A stretch of 29,598 nt of DNA from Elainellaceae cyanobacterium (GTDB lineage: Bacteria; Cyanobacteriota; Cyanobacteriia; CAZCXK01). The stretch lies in NCBI GenBank assembly GCA_051117555.1, contig JBNPEG010000242.1, positions 1 to 29,598 of the forward strand. The letters run 5' to 3'. Below the pieces are notes generated by a model, which did no database searches, was not told where the DNA came from, and saw only the letters and a program-made list of their open reading frames with translations. Below, one piece after another: positions 19,477 through 28,569 of the stretch (positions are counted from its first letter, which is position 1; every line of letters starts with the position of its first letter). The position numbers were made by a program, and so were the translations under genes.

Positions 19477-20522
19477 AAGATGCCCACCACTTTGATTTCT
19501 GACCACCCCGACAGCTCAAGGTGATGGTGAAGCGGTGCCATCTTAAAGAGGCGCTTTCCAATGCCATTTTCGTCTTTGGTGGATTTGTAGTAGCTAACTT
19601 GAGCCATCACAGACAGCGACTCTGCTAAAAAAATGCCGCTCAAGATTAGCAACCCGAATAGGCTATTGGTGAGCAGCGCAACAGCAGCCATGCAGCCGCC
19701 GATTGCCATTGAACCGGTATCTCCCATAAACACACGCGCCGGATTGTGGTTATGAGCTAAGAACCCTAGACACGCGCCACTCATACAAGCACAAACAATC
19801 ATTAGATCTGTGGACGCGGGCGCCGCCAGCGCCGCTAGCCCCAAGAATGCGATCGCCCCTGTTCCACTGGCGAGCCCATCCAAGCCATCGGTCAGATTGG
19901 TTGCATTGCTCTGAGCAACCGGCACAAACGCGGCTAGACCCCAAAATAAGAACCCCAGCGGCAGCGACGCACCGAAGGGAAATGCGATCGTGGTAATGTC
20001 GGTAGGTTTGCTGACAAACAGCCATCCACAAAATGCGATCGCCACAGCAATTTGCAGCATTAGCTTCATGCGTGGCGAAATGCCTTTATTAGATTGACGG
20101 CGAATTACCTGCCAGTCATCAACCCAACCAATGCCAGCATAGGCAAGCGTTAGAGCTGATACCGCCACCACATCGGGAGAAAATCTTGACCAAAGTAGGG
20201 CAATACAGACCGCAGGAAGGACAAAAAATATCCCTCCCATCGTCGGAGTTCCTGCCTTAGCTAAATGGGCTTGAGGACCATCTTCTCGAATGAATTGACC
20301 CGTTTTGAGTGCCCGTAGCAATGGAACGACCCAATACCCTAGCCCCACCGTAATCGCGAAGCACACCCACAGAGGGATAAGCAAAGACCCTTGTATTCTC
20401 AAGACATCGTGAATCACCCAATCTAGACTCAGGGCAACGATGCTCAGAGAGGTTGCGATGGTAAAGAACAGGGTTCGACCCGAGATAGTTAGACCATTAT
20501 TCGGATGAAATTTTGCATCCAC
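19425..20522 (-). CDS. mraY: Phospho-N-acetylmuramoyl-pentapeptide transferase
   Basis: KAGTPTMGG, GWVDD, NATNLTDGLDGLA, VFMGDTGS, MAPLHHHLEL. Confidence 0.97.
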   Translation of the reverse strand: MDAKFHPNNGLTISGRTLFFTIATSLSIVALSLDWVIHDVLRIQGSLLIPLWVCFAITVGLGYWVVPLLRALKTGQFIREDGPQAHLAKAGTPTMGGIFFVLPAVCIALLWSRFSPDVVAVSALTLAYAGIGWVDDWQVIRRQSNKGISPRMKLMLQIAVAIAFCGWLFVSKPTDITTIAFPFGASLPLGFLFWGLAAFVPVAQSNATNLTDGLDGLASGTGAIAFLGLAALAAPASTDLMIVCACMSGACLGFLAHNHNPARVFMGDTGSMAIGGCMAAVALLTNSLFGLLILSGIFLAESLSVMAQVSYYKSTKDENGIGKRLFKMAPLHHHLELSGWSEIKVVGIFYLISGLLALICLVLVV

Positions 20523-20592
20523 AACACAATTAACTCACTCACACCACACGTAATTAAGCAAAGCTTGACATAAATCCAGATAATTCTGGAAT

Positions 20593-20679
20593 TATAGCAA
20601 TCCCAGATGGGTTTTGCGCGGTGGGGCGGGCGCCGCCCACCGCTCACACACAATTCACCAGCGATTTAGGATCGCTACA
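20593..20679. repeat. MITE-like element, copy 1
   Basis: TATAGCAATCCCAGAT...ATTTAGGATCGCTACA terminal inverted repeats, GC-rich internal hairpin; similar to 21164-21251. Confidence 0.75.
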
Positions 20680-20688
20680 TGCCGTATT

Positions 20689-20934
20689 TTAGTTTTCTAA
20701 CTCTAGTGAATCATCATCATCGTCATCGCTGTCGTCTTCATATCCGGCATTATTTTCACCAGACATCAATTCGTTGATTTCGGCTTCATCATCTGAGTAG
20801 TCGAAATCACTTTCTTCACGAGCTAGCAGACGATTTGAGGCTTCGAGCCAGTCTAGTATGGAGGTTTCTGTCGGCTGAGGAATGATTGGGGATGGCTTTC
20901 GCCGAGGATATTCATGCAGTGCAGGATTTTGCAT
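20689..20934 (-). CDS. DUF3134 family protein
   Basis: NPALHEYPR...SILDWLEASNRL with acidic tail; usual position upstream of cyanobacterial mraY. Confidence 0.88.
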   Translation of the reverse strand: MQNPALHEYPRRKPSPIIPQPTETSILDWLEASNRLLAREESDFDYSDDEAEINELMSGENNAGYEDDSDDDDDDSLELEN

Positions 20935-21163
20935 AGGTATTGAATGACGTTGAGTCGGTTGTAAGGATTCTTTAAATCGAGATTAGAGGAGTAGCCCGGC
21001 TGTTTACCGTAGGTATTATACGACTCTAGTAGAGGGTATTGACTCAGGAAAACAGACTGTTCCAAATTTATTCACTGAACCGTTGTTAGCGCAAACTTTT
21101 GGATTTGTCAAGATGACCCGTCGAGAGATGTCTGAAGCATCCCTCGTGGTTTATTCATCTACA

Positions 21164-21251
21164 TATAGCAATCCCAAATGGGTTGTGAGCGGTGGGGCGG
21201 GCGGGTCCTACCCCACTACTCACAATTCACCAGCGATTTAGGATCGCTATA
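21164..21251. repeat. MITE-like element, copy 2
   Basis: TATAGCAATCCCAAAT...ATTTAGGATCGCTATA; same orientation as copy 1. Confidence 0.78.
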
Positions 21252-21283
21252 TCTGCATATAGTGTATTAGAGGAGGCATAGGA

Positions 21284-21868
21284 ATGGCTGACAAGTCTAC
21301 CTTATTAGAAGCGATCGCTGGCAGTAATCGAGGATTGCTAGCATCTGATGTTGACCATCAGGCAATTTTAACGGCGATCGCCGAATTAGAAGCTCAAAAC
21401 CCAACCCCTAGTCCGATCAATGCGGTCGATATGCTGAATGGCAATTGGAGACTGCTTTACACCACGAGCGACGATCTGTTGAGACTCGATCAAATTCCTC
21501 TGCTTAAATTAGGGCAAGTCTACCAATGTATTCGCGCCCGTGATGCCAAACTCTACAACATTGCAGAAATCGTAGGTATTCCATTTTCGGCAGGAATTTT
21601 TAGCGTCGCCGCAAGCTTTAAACCCGTTTCAGAGAAACGAGTTGATGTCAATTTTGAGCGGACCATCATTGGCTTCCAAGGATTGATGAACTATCGGAGC
21701 CCCGATGAGTTTATTCATCGTCTCGAATCTGGCGAGAAATTTACAGCGATTGACGTTGCTATTAACAATCGCGATCGCCAGGGATGGCTAGATATTACGT
21801 ATTTAGATTCCAATCTTCGAATCGGACGCGGCAACGTCGGCAGCATATTTGTTTTGACGAAGGTTTAG
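21284..21868 (+). CDS. PAP/fibrillin family protein
   Basis: NRGLLA, LEAQNPTP, LNGNWRLLYTT, GWLDITYLD..LRIGRGN. Confidence 0.93.
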   Translation: MADKSTLLEAIAGSNRGLLASDVDHQAILTAIAELEAQNPTPSPINAVDMLNGNWRLLYTTSDDLLRLDQIPLLKLGQVYQCIRARDAKLYNIAEIVGIPFSAGIFSVAASFKPVSEKRVDVNFERTIIGFQGLMNYRSPDEFIHRLESGEKFTAIDVAINNRDRQGWLDITYLDSNLRIGRGNVGSIFVLTKV

Positions 21869-21873
21869 TATCT

Positions 21874-22665
21874 ATGCGAATGCGACTTTCTCAGGGCCAT
21901 TTAGCAACCCTGGATTTGTGTCCTCGAAAGTTCCAATATACGTATCTTGACCAATACGGAACGCCCATTTCGCCCGATCAGCAATCACGATTTGAATGGG
22001 GCAACCAATTCCACGTGTTGATGCAGCAGCGAGAGCTAGAGTTGCCCATTGGCTATGCTATTTCACACGACGATCGGCACCTTCTTCAACACGTTGGCGC
22101 GTTAGTGAACTGTGCGCCCAATCTCTTTCAGGTGAAGCCTGGAAGAATTCGTCAAAGTGAGCATCGTCGTAGCCTTTTTGTTCAAGACTATTTGCTCACC
22201 GTTATTTATGATCTTGTTGTTTTAGACGATCAGCAGGCTCAAATTGTCGATTGGAAGACCTATCCTAAACCCCAAAATCGTCATCACCTCGAACAAAGCT
22301 GGCAAACCAAGCTCTATCCGTTTGTGCTAGCAGAAACCAGCAACTATGCTCCCGCCCAGATTTCTATGACGTATTGGTTTGTGCAAGCAGGTCAAGATCC
22401 AACTCCGCGTCCTCAACAGCTTCGATTTGACTACAGCACCGCTCAACACGAACAGATTCGACGTGAACTAACCGCTACACTAAATCAGCTTACAGAATGG
22501 CTAGGGAGCTATCACCACAACACATCGTTTCAAAAAATTGATGAAGCGCTCGGAGTCTGTGAACGGTGCCCTTTTGCGATCCGATGCCAACGAGGCGAGT
22601 TTAGTCACTCTGAGCGTGACGAGCACCTTCCGAGTGTGTCTGATATTCAAGAAGTAGTTCTCTAA
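21874..22665 (+). CDS. PD-(D/E)XK nuclease (AddB/Cas4-like fold)
   Basis: CPRKF, WGNQFH, YDL..IVDWKT, QTKLY, C-terminal CERCPFAIRC; start 5 bp after the fibrillin stop. Confidence 0.88.
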   Translation: MRMRLSQGHLATLDLCPRKFQYTYLDQYGTPISPDQQSRFEWGNQFHVLMQQRELELPIGYAISHDDRHLLQHVGALVNCAPNLFQVKPGRIRQSEHRRSLFVQDYLLTVIYDLVVLDDQQAQIVDWKTYPKPQNRHHLEQSWQTKLYPFVLAETSNYAPAQISMTYWFVQAGQDPTPRPQQLRFDYSTAQHEQIRRELTATLNQLTEWLGSYHHNTSFQKIDEALGVCERCPFAIRCQRGEFSHSERDEHLPSVSDIQEVVL

Positions 22666-22837
22666 TAAAAAATACGCCTCTATTACGAGGGGGGCGATCG
22701 CGGCTCTGATCCAGACGATCTGCCCTCCCTGTTCTAATTATTTCGCCGCAAACGTTTTCAAGCGTTAACAATTCGCGTTGCAACTCTTAAGAAATATTGC
22801 TACATTTCAGATACGAATCAATTTTGTGGTAATGAGC

Positions 22838-23215
22838 ATGAACAGGTTTTTCGGTATGATTCCAACGCCTCCTCCGATGCAGGCTCAGTCTCGTGTATAT
22901 GATTTAAAAGCTCGTTTAGACTGGGGCGAACCTGCTTTGACCATCGTTGATGTCCGTGATCATAGCCAATTTAATGATCGCCACATTGTTGGCGCAATTT
23001 CGATGCCTGTGGACGAGGTGGTTGAGCGATCGCTAGATTGCCTCGAGCTTGACCGCGACTTATATGTCTATGGCGAAACAGATGATGAAACCGCAGAGGC
23101 CGCTGCCAAGCTTCGAAACGCCGGATTTATGAACGTTTCCGAAATCCGGGGTGGACTTGCCGCCTGGAAGGCAGTGGGTTATCCAATCGAATCGCTCAGC
23201 GCAAATGCTGCCTAG
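22838..23215 (+). CDS. Rhodanese-like domain protein
   Basis: LKARLDWGEPALTIVDVR, HIVGA, GGLAAWKAVG; no catalytic Cys in the active-site loop. Confidence 0.9.
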   Translation: MNRFFGMIPTPPPMQAQSRVYDLKARLDWGEPALTIVDVRDHSQFNDRHIVGAISMPVDEVVERSLDCLELDRDLYVYGETDDETAEAAAKLRNAGFMNVSEIRGGLAAWKAVGYPIESLSANAA

Positions 23216-23287
23216 CGATCGCTGTGTAACTAAGTATTGTCGCTGTCTCTAATGATCAGCATCAACCCTAACACGGTTACATTAATG

Positions 23288-23315
23288 AGCCCCATTCATA
23301 GCGAATGGGGCTTTT
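23288..23315 (+). terminator. Rho-independent terminator
   Basis: AGCCCCATTC-N5-GAATGGGGCT followed by TTT, between convergent genes. Confidence 0.7.
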
Positions 23316-23364
23316 GCTATTCTGATTCAGGTCTGAAGGCTTCAATTCGAAGACCCGGCGATGA

Positions 23365-23643
23365 CTATACGCTCCCTAGACCCAGCATCGGGAAATAGCA
23401 GTATCGCCGCCCTCGCAAATATACGCTGATAGAGCTGCATTCTTTCCAGAGTGCACGAATATGCTCGACCAACTCGCCGCCTAATAAACCCACCGCATAC
23501 GCGGTATAGCGATCTGGAGCCTCAATAAAGCACTGAGGAGGCTGACCCTCGATGCGGCAGATGCAAATTTTACAGGTTTCAAGTAGCGCTCTAAGCTCGG
23601 GACTGACATCCTTCAAAAATTCTTCTAGCACTATCATCCCCAC
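23365..23643 (-). CDS. Small hypothetical protein
   Basis: 92-aa ORF, GTG start with AAGGGGG upstream; no recognised family. Confidence 0.55.
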   Translation of the reverse strand: MGMIVLEEFLKDVSPELRALLETCKICICRIEGQPPQCFIEAPDRYTAYAVGLLGGELVEHIRALWKECSSISVYLRGRRYCYFPMLGLGSV

Positions 23644-23690
23644 TGTTGCCCCCCTTAGACGAGTGAGTGTATGCAGACTCTGGCATCAGA

Positions 23691-23718
23691 TATAGCGATC
23701 CTAAATCGCTTGTGAATT
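23691..23718 (-). repeat. Solo end of the same MITE family
   Basis: TATAGCGATCCTAAATCGCTTGTGAATT is the reverse complement (1 mismatch) of the right end of 21164-21251. Confidence 0.7.
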
Positions 23719-24089
23719 AGAAAAATCGCCTCACTGTATCGCCCCATTGTTACGTTTGCGAGCTTGATCTGCAAACTTATATCGCAGCACACCAGAGTGT
23801 AATGAGACTTCAAGCTATGATCAATATATAGGTGGATTACGACTCTAAATCAAACCAGATAGGATACTCAGGGTTCTCGTAGTTGAGTTGGTCTCGATTA
23901 GTCAAGTCACATCCAGCTTACCAATAAGTCGTTTCCAACGCGATCGCGTTGGGGCCAGACATGCTTTAGTTCGTTAAATAATATCTGTCGCACCGTCCCC
24001 TTCTCTTCATCTTCTTGTCTAGGCGTGACTGACAACTCTATCAGAACCCTCAAATAGGTTTTATCAACGCCATTAAGGAAATCTAGATT

Positions 24090-26492
24090 ATGAACTATAA
24101 ACAACCGACCAGCAATGCCTATGTACGCTGGTTTGAGCAACTTGGCGTTCACAATGTTGAAGACGTGGGTGGCAAAAACGCCTCTCTTGGCGAGATGATT
24201 CGTGCTCTCAAAGATGAAGGTGTTAGGGTTCCCGATGGTTTTGCAACGACGGCAGATGCCTATTGGAAGTATATCGAAACCCATGATGTCAAGGCTCAAA
24301 TTAAATCCCATTTAGACCAGTTAGAATCTGGGGAAAAATCCCTAGCGCAGGTTGGAAAGGCGATTCGGCGCTTGTTTTTGCAAACTCCATTCCCCGATGA
24401 GCTATCCCAATCTATTTGTGATGCATATCGAGAGTTAAGCCACCGATATGGCGTCAAGGAAGTGGATGTTGCTGTGAGAAGTAGCGCGACTGCTGAGGAT
24501 TTGCCCGAAGCGAGTTTTGCTGGACAGCAAGAAACCTTTCTAAATATTTCGGGTGAAAAAGAGCTATTGGATGCGTGCCGTCGATGCTATTCGTCCCTGT
24601 TTACCAATCGAGCGATCAGCTATCGCCAAGAGAAAAACTTTGATCACATGCAGGTTGCCCTGTCGATTGGGGTTCAAAAAATGGTGCGATCTGATAAAGC
24701 AAGTTCGGGCGTCATGTTCTCAATCGATACTGAGACAGGCTTTCCTGACGTCGCGCTGATTAGTGCCGCATGGGGATTGGGTGAAACCGTCGTGCAGGGC
24801 AGCGTGAACCCTGATCAATACACGGTTTTTAAGCCATTGCTGGCTAATTCTAGTCTGTGTCCGATGGTGGATAAGGTCAAGGGCAGTAAAGAAAAGAAAA
24901 TGGTCTATGCGACTGAGGGGAGTAAGACAACTGAAACCATCGAGACATCCGGGAAAGAGCGGCAAGCATTTGTTTTGAATGATGATGAGATTTTGCAACT
25001 GGCGCGCTGGGCTGCTGTAATCGAGGCGCACTATGGAAAACCGATGGATATGGAATGGGCTAAAGATGGTGACACAGGCGAACTCTTCATCGTTCAAGCT
25101 CGTCCTGAAACAGTCCAGTCTCAGCGATCGGCGGGTACGCTCAAAACGTATAAGCTAAAGGAACAGGGAGAGAAACTGCTGACTGGGCTGAGTATCGGAG
25201 ATGCGATCGCCACGGGTAAGATCTGTAGAGTTCTCAGCGTCGAAGACATTGATAAGGTTAAAGACGGCAGCATCCTAGTTACAGAAATGACTGACCCCGA
25301 CTGGGTTCCGGTGATGAAACGAGTAGCCGGGATCGTGACCGATTATGGGGGACGTACCTGTCATGCGGCGATCGTGAGCCGAGAATTGGGCATTCCGGCT
25401 ATCGTTGGCACGGGGGACGCCACCCGCACGTTGAAAGATGGTCATGAGGTCACTGTGTCATGTGCAGAAGGTGACCAAGGCAACATCTATGACGGACTGC
25501 TAGAGTTTGAAGCGGTTGATGTCAGCCTCGAAGACATCCCTGACACACGCACCCAACTCATGATGAATATTGCCAGCCCGTCGGCAGCATTTCAGTGGTG
25601 GCGGCTTCCCACCCAAGGCATCGGGCTTGCAAGGATGGAATTTATCATCAACAACATCGTCAAGATTCATCCGATGGCGCTGGTGCATTATGACGAGCTA
25701 AGCGATCGCTCAGCCTGGAAGCAAATCCGCGATATCACCAAAGGCTACACAGACAAGCGAGCCTATTTTGTCGATCGCCTCGCGTTAGGAATTTCTAAAA
25801 TTGCAGCATCCCAATATCCCGACCCGGTTATTGTTCGCATGAGCGACTTTAAGACCAATGAATATGCAAATTTGATTGGAGGTTCAGAGTTTGAACCGAA
25901 GGAAGAAAATCCGATGCTGGGGTTTCGGGGGGCATCTCGCTATTACAGCGATCGCTACCGCGAGGGATTTGCTTTAGAGTGTCAGGCCATTAAACGGGTT
26001 CGGGAAGTCATGGGGTTTGACAATGTCATCATCATGATTCCCTTCTGCCGAACGCTTGAAGAAGCAGACAAGGTTAACGAAGTACTGGCAGAAAACGGCT
26101 TAAGGCGTGGCGAGAATGGGCTGCAAGTCTATATGATGTGCGAAATTCCGTCGAATGTCGAGCTTGCGGATGAGTTCTCCAAGCGCTTTGACGGCTTTTC
26201 GATTGGCAGCAATGACCTGACCCAACTCGTGCTGGGTGTTGATCGCGATTCTGGGGAGCTGTCTCATTTATTTGACGAACGTAATCCTGCTGTCGAGCGG
26301 ATGATTCAGCGACTCATCAAAACGGCTCATGAAGCCGGACGAAAGGTCGGCATTTGTGGGCAAGGGCCGAGTGACTATCCTGAATTTGCTGAATTTTTGG
26401 TGGAGCAAGGCATCGACTCGATGTCGCTGAATCCAGATAGCGTTATTCAGGTCAAACATCACGTGGCCGAGATAGAGAGTCGTTTGACGTAG
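24090..26492 (+). CDS. ppsA: Phosphoenolpyruvate synthase
   Basis: VGGKNASLGEM, VAVRSSATAEDLP, GGRTCHAAIVSRE (phospho-His), DGFSIGSNDLTQ. Confidence 0.97.
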   Translation: MNYKQPTSNAYVRWFEQLGVHNVEDVGGKNASLGEMIRALKDEGVRVPDGFATTADAYWKYIETHDVKAQIKSHLDQLESGEKSLAQVGKAIRRLFLQTPFPDELSQSICDAYRELSHRYGVKEVDVAVRSSATAEDLPEASFAGQQETFLNISGEKELLDACRRCYSSLFTNRAISYRQEKNFDHMQVALSIGVQKMVRSDKASSGVMFSIDTETGFPDVALISAAWGLGETVVQGSVNPDQYTVFKPLLANSSLCPMVDKVKGSKEKKMVYATEGSKTTETIETSGKERQAFVLNDDEILQLARWAAVIEAHYGKPMDMEWAKDGDTGELFIVQARPETVQSQRSAGTLKTYKLKEQGEKLLTGLSIGDAIATGKICRVLSVEDIDKVKDGSILVTEMTDPDWVPVMKRVAGIVTDYGGRTCHAAIVSRELGIPAIVGTGDATRTLKDGHEVTVSCAEGDQGNIYDGLLEFEAVDVSLEDIPDTRTQLMMNIASPSAAFQWWRLPTQGIGLARMEFIINNIVKIHPMALVHYDELSDRSAWKQIRDITKGYTDKRAYFVDRLALGISKIAASQYPDPVIVRMSDFKTNEYANLIGGSEFEPKEENPMLGFRGASRYYSDRYREGFALECQAIKRVREVMGFDNVIIMIPFCRTLEEADKVNEVLAENGLRRGENGLQVYMMCEIPSNVELADEFSKRFDGFSIGSNDLTQLVLGVDRDSGELSHLFDERNPAVERMIQRLIKTAHEAGRKVGICGQGPSDYPEFAEFLVEQGIDSMSLNPDSVIQVKHHVAEIESRLT

Positions 26493-26557
26493 TGGCATTC
26501 AGCCGTTGTCAAGCGCGATCGCCCATGTCTTGATAATGGCGATCGCCCAAGTTCTGA

Positions 26558-26645
26558 GAATAACGGTGTCCATCCCCCGCCGCAGATAACCTCTAAATCA
26601 TACCGATTAACTTTCGGCGGTCGGTGTGCGTAGGCGTTGTTAGCT
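26558..26645 (-). other. attC-like site 1 (degenerate)
   Basis: Minus strand AGCTAAC ... GTTATTC, 88 bp, inner CCG-A-CCGC / GCGG-CGG stem. Confidence 0.6.
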
Positions 26646-26654
26646 TGCGTCTGC

Positions 26655-26725
26655 TACTTTTGAGTAGGTTTTTTTAGTACTGGCTAAAGCTTATGGATGG
26701 TGGGTTTCGTGCCTCAACCCAATCT
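26655..26725 (+). repeat. About 70-bp dispersed repeat with REP-like hairpin
   Basis: TGGGTTTCGTGCCTCAACCCA hairpin; similar to 29429-29498. Confidence 0.7.
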
Positions 26726-26740
26726 ATGTGGTCAGCTCAA

Positions 26741-26826
26741 CACCAACGGCTCAAATCAGCGGCAGCAGGAAAACTTGAACTCAGTACCAGATCTCTCAAA
26801 TGTCCGCTGCATTTGAATAGTTAGGC
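26741..26826 (-). other. attC site 2 (well formed)
   Basis: Minus strand GCCTAAC-TATTC-AAAT(G)CAGCGG(A)CA...TGCCGCTGATTTG-AGCC-GTT; two unpaired bases; starts 1 bp after the DUF1993 stop. Confidence 0.88.
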
Positions 26827-27404
26827 TTCACCCCTGTTTAAGGAACGGAACTAGATGCATCATATAATCTCGCTTTCCAATAGGTACACCAGCCATGCGA
26901 AGAATGTCGTAAGCAGTAACCATATGAAAGTAGAAGTTTGGCATCAAGAAATCATTCACATATGCGCTACCAGACATCTCGATGTAGAGTTCCTGACCAA
27001 GATCGATGCGCGTAGTCTCACTCAACTTTTCGTCTTCGGTGTCAACATCCGAGAGCAGTTCCCTAGTATTCGTTATATGTTCGTATGCCAGCACCAGAGA
27101 CGGCACTTCCGGATCTAAATTGTCCATTGGCTTGCCGTCACACCACAAAGCAAAGTTGCGTGGTTGATTGCAAGTAAAAGCGACTTGTGTACCCAACGGA
27201 AACATATCAGCCGCAATGCGCTCCTGCAGGAAAGATTCACTCCCATTGAAATGTGTCTGGGCTGAATTTAAGAGATGCTCAAGCGTTGTTAGGCGGCCTT
27301 TGAAGATAGTTTTGATCGATTCTATATTCTGACTTGACATCTTAGTGTTCTCCCGATACCTGTTTCAAAGAGTCTGGCCATGTTTAGAACTATTTTCAGC
27401 CTAA
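26747..27404 (-). mobile_element. Integron gene cassette carrying DUF1993
   Basis: Begins G|TTAGGC (27405-27399), the exact complement of its own R'' box GCCTAAC. Confidence 0.85.
26828..27340 (-). CDS. DUF1993 family protein
   Basis: RIAADMFPLGTQV, MPNFYFHMVTAYDILRMAGVPIGKRDY. Confidence 0.92.
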   Translation of the reverse strand: MSSQNIESIKTIFKGRLTTLEHLLNSAQTHFNGSESFLQERIAADMFPLGTQVAFTCNQPRNFALWCDGKPMDNLDPEVPSLVLAYEHITNTRELLSDVDTEDEKLSETTRIDLGQELYIEMSGSAYVNDFLMPNFYFHMVTAYDILRMAGVPIGKRDYMMHLVPFLKQG

Positions 27405-27552
27405 CTATTAATAGGCTGAAAATGTCAGCCTAAGATCCCAATTTGGGTGGATAGGCAGAATGATTCGGCATAACACCCCAAATTTCCTGCTTATGCAGAT
27501 GATTTCTGCATAGTACGCCGCTCAAGCTGAATAGCCAGAATCTTTCCGCATA
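27399..27552 (-). other. Putative attI region with four 21-bp palindromes at 40-bp period
   Basis: Core GTTAGGC without an attC hairpin upstream; palindromes at 27412, 27452, 27492 and 27532. Confidence 0.65.
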
Positions 27553-27591
27553 TCTTTAAATTCGTTACGGAGGTGAGCGAATGGTACTGTT

Positions 27592-27665
27592 AGTGCGATT
27601 CTCCGATGGAGAGGCTATATAGCCATTTCAGGCATGGCTGCGCTAGCGCCAACGCCTCTCAACCA
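27592..27665 (+). repeat. About 73-bp dispersed repeat, copy 1
   Basis: AGTGCGATTCTCCGATGGAGAGGCTATA...GGCATGGCT(G/A)CGCTAGCGCCAACGCC; near-identical to 29301-29372, partial copy at 10566-10592. Confidence 0.85.
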
Positions 27666-27681
27666 TCCAACCTTTCCATTA

Positions 27682-28171
27682 TCAGCTCCACGAACCCTGT
27701 CGTATGTGATTAAAGTTTTCAGCTTCTAGTCCAGAGTTACTCACATGTAAGTACAAAGGTAAATCGGCAGTCAAAACAAACGCAGGTAATCTTGAGGCTA
27801 CTGCTATTGCTATATCGGTTAATCCAAACCTATTGAACTCTGGCTCAGACACCAAGACCACAGAACTATCAGTATGCTCAGTGCACTTTCAGAGAAATTC
27901 AGCCATAGCTTCTCTTCCAAGCCGCCGTATATCATCACGCTCTTTGCCAAGTAAATTAGATATCTCAGTCATAATATATATGCGGTGTCGTAACGAGGCT
28001 GTTAAATGAATTGTTGTTTATAACATCTCCAAGTAAGTCATAATCATCTTCTACAAACGTCGAAAGAGTCTTGGCTTTTTGAATCAGTAATGAATCTTTG
28101 CCGCCAATAAACAGGAGGAGTAGCAGATTAGTATCCAGAAGAAGGATTTTGGAACGCGTCGATACCTTCAT
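27682..28171 (-). pseudogene. PIN-domain toxin pseudogene
   Basis: LLLDTNLLLL..TTPHI, then a frameshift at an ATAT duplication (about 27972-27981); continues MTEISNL..FL*..FGLTDIAI..VLTADLPLY with an internal TGA near 27889-27891. Confidence 0.85.
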
Positions 28172-28283
28172 TGTATTCAAGCATCAAGTCCTGCAGGTTG
28201 CTGTTTGCGTATAAATCCCTGACGTAATCGATTGCTGTTTCAACAGCACTCTTGACACTTATGTGATCTTCTCGATTTTTCAT
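28128..28283 (-). pseudogene. Truncated partner (probable antitoxin) of the PIN gene
   Basis: 51-aa ORF MKNREDHISVKSAVETAIDYVRDLY..LQDLMLE running out of frame into the PIN start. Confidence 0.5.
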
Positions 28284-28359
28284 AAATCAGGTTGAAACAC
28301 TGTATTCAGGTTAGCAAGGATTAAATAGCAAGAACTAGTACAGCGATCGCACTCAGGAT

Positions 28360-28445
28360 GTCTAGCAACCAGGATAAGCGGCTGTAAGCCACCTGTGCAA
28401 TCCCACTAGAGGCTTTCAACAGTCCACTTCATTGACTTGTTAGCT
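28360..28445 (-). other. attC-like site 3 (R' box mutated GTT to GCT)
   Basis: Minus strand AGCTAAC-AAGTC-AAT(G)AAGTGG(A)CTGT...ACAGCCGCTTATCC-TGGTT-GCTAGAC, 86 bp. Confidence 0.72.
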
Positions 28446-28569
28446 GACTCTTGCCACCGATCGCCCCTCAATCACTCCGCATCTATCACTCAGCGATCGC
28501 CAAAATGGAGTTTGATCTTGAACACCGACAGATAACGTTTCGGCATGTCATCATTGAGATACGGAAGCC

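Noticed and set aside
21874..22665. cas4 as part of a CRISPR system
   Set aside because: No cas1, cas2 or array in the window
27412..27552. Mini CRISPR array
   Set aside because: Repeats are only 21 bp and mutually divergent, spacers are 19 bp, and there is no cas operon; it fits protein-binding palindromes better
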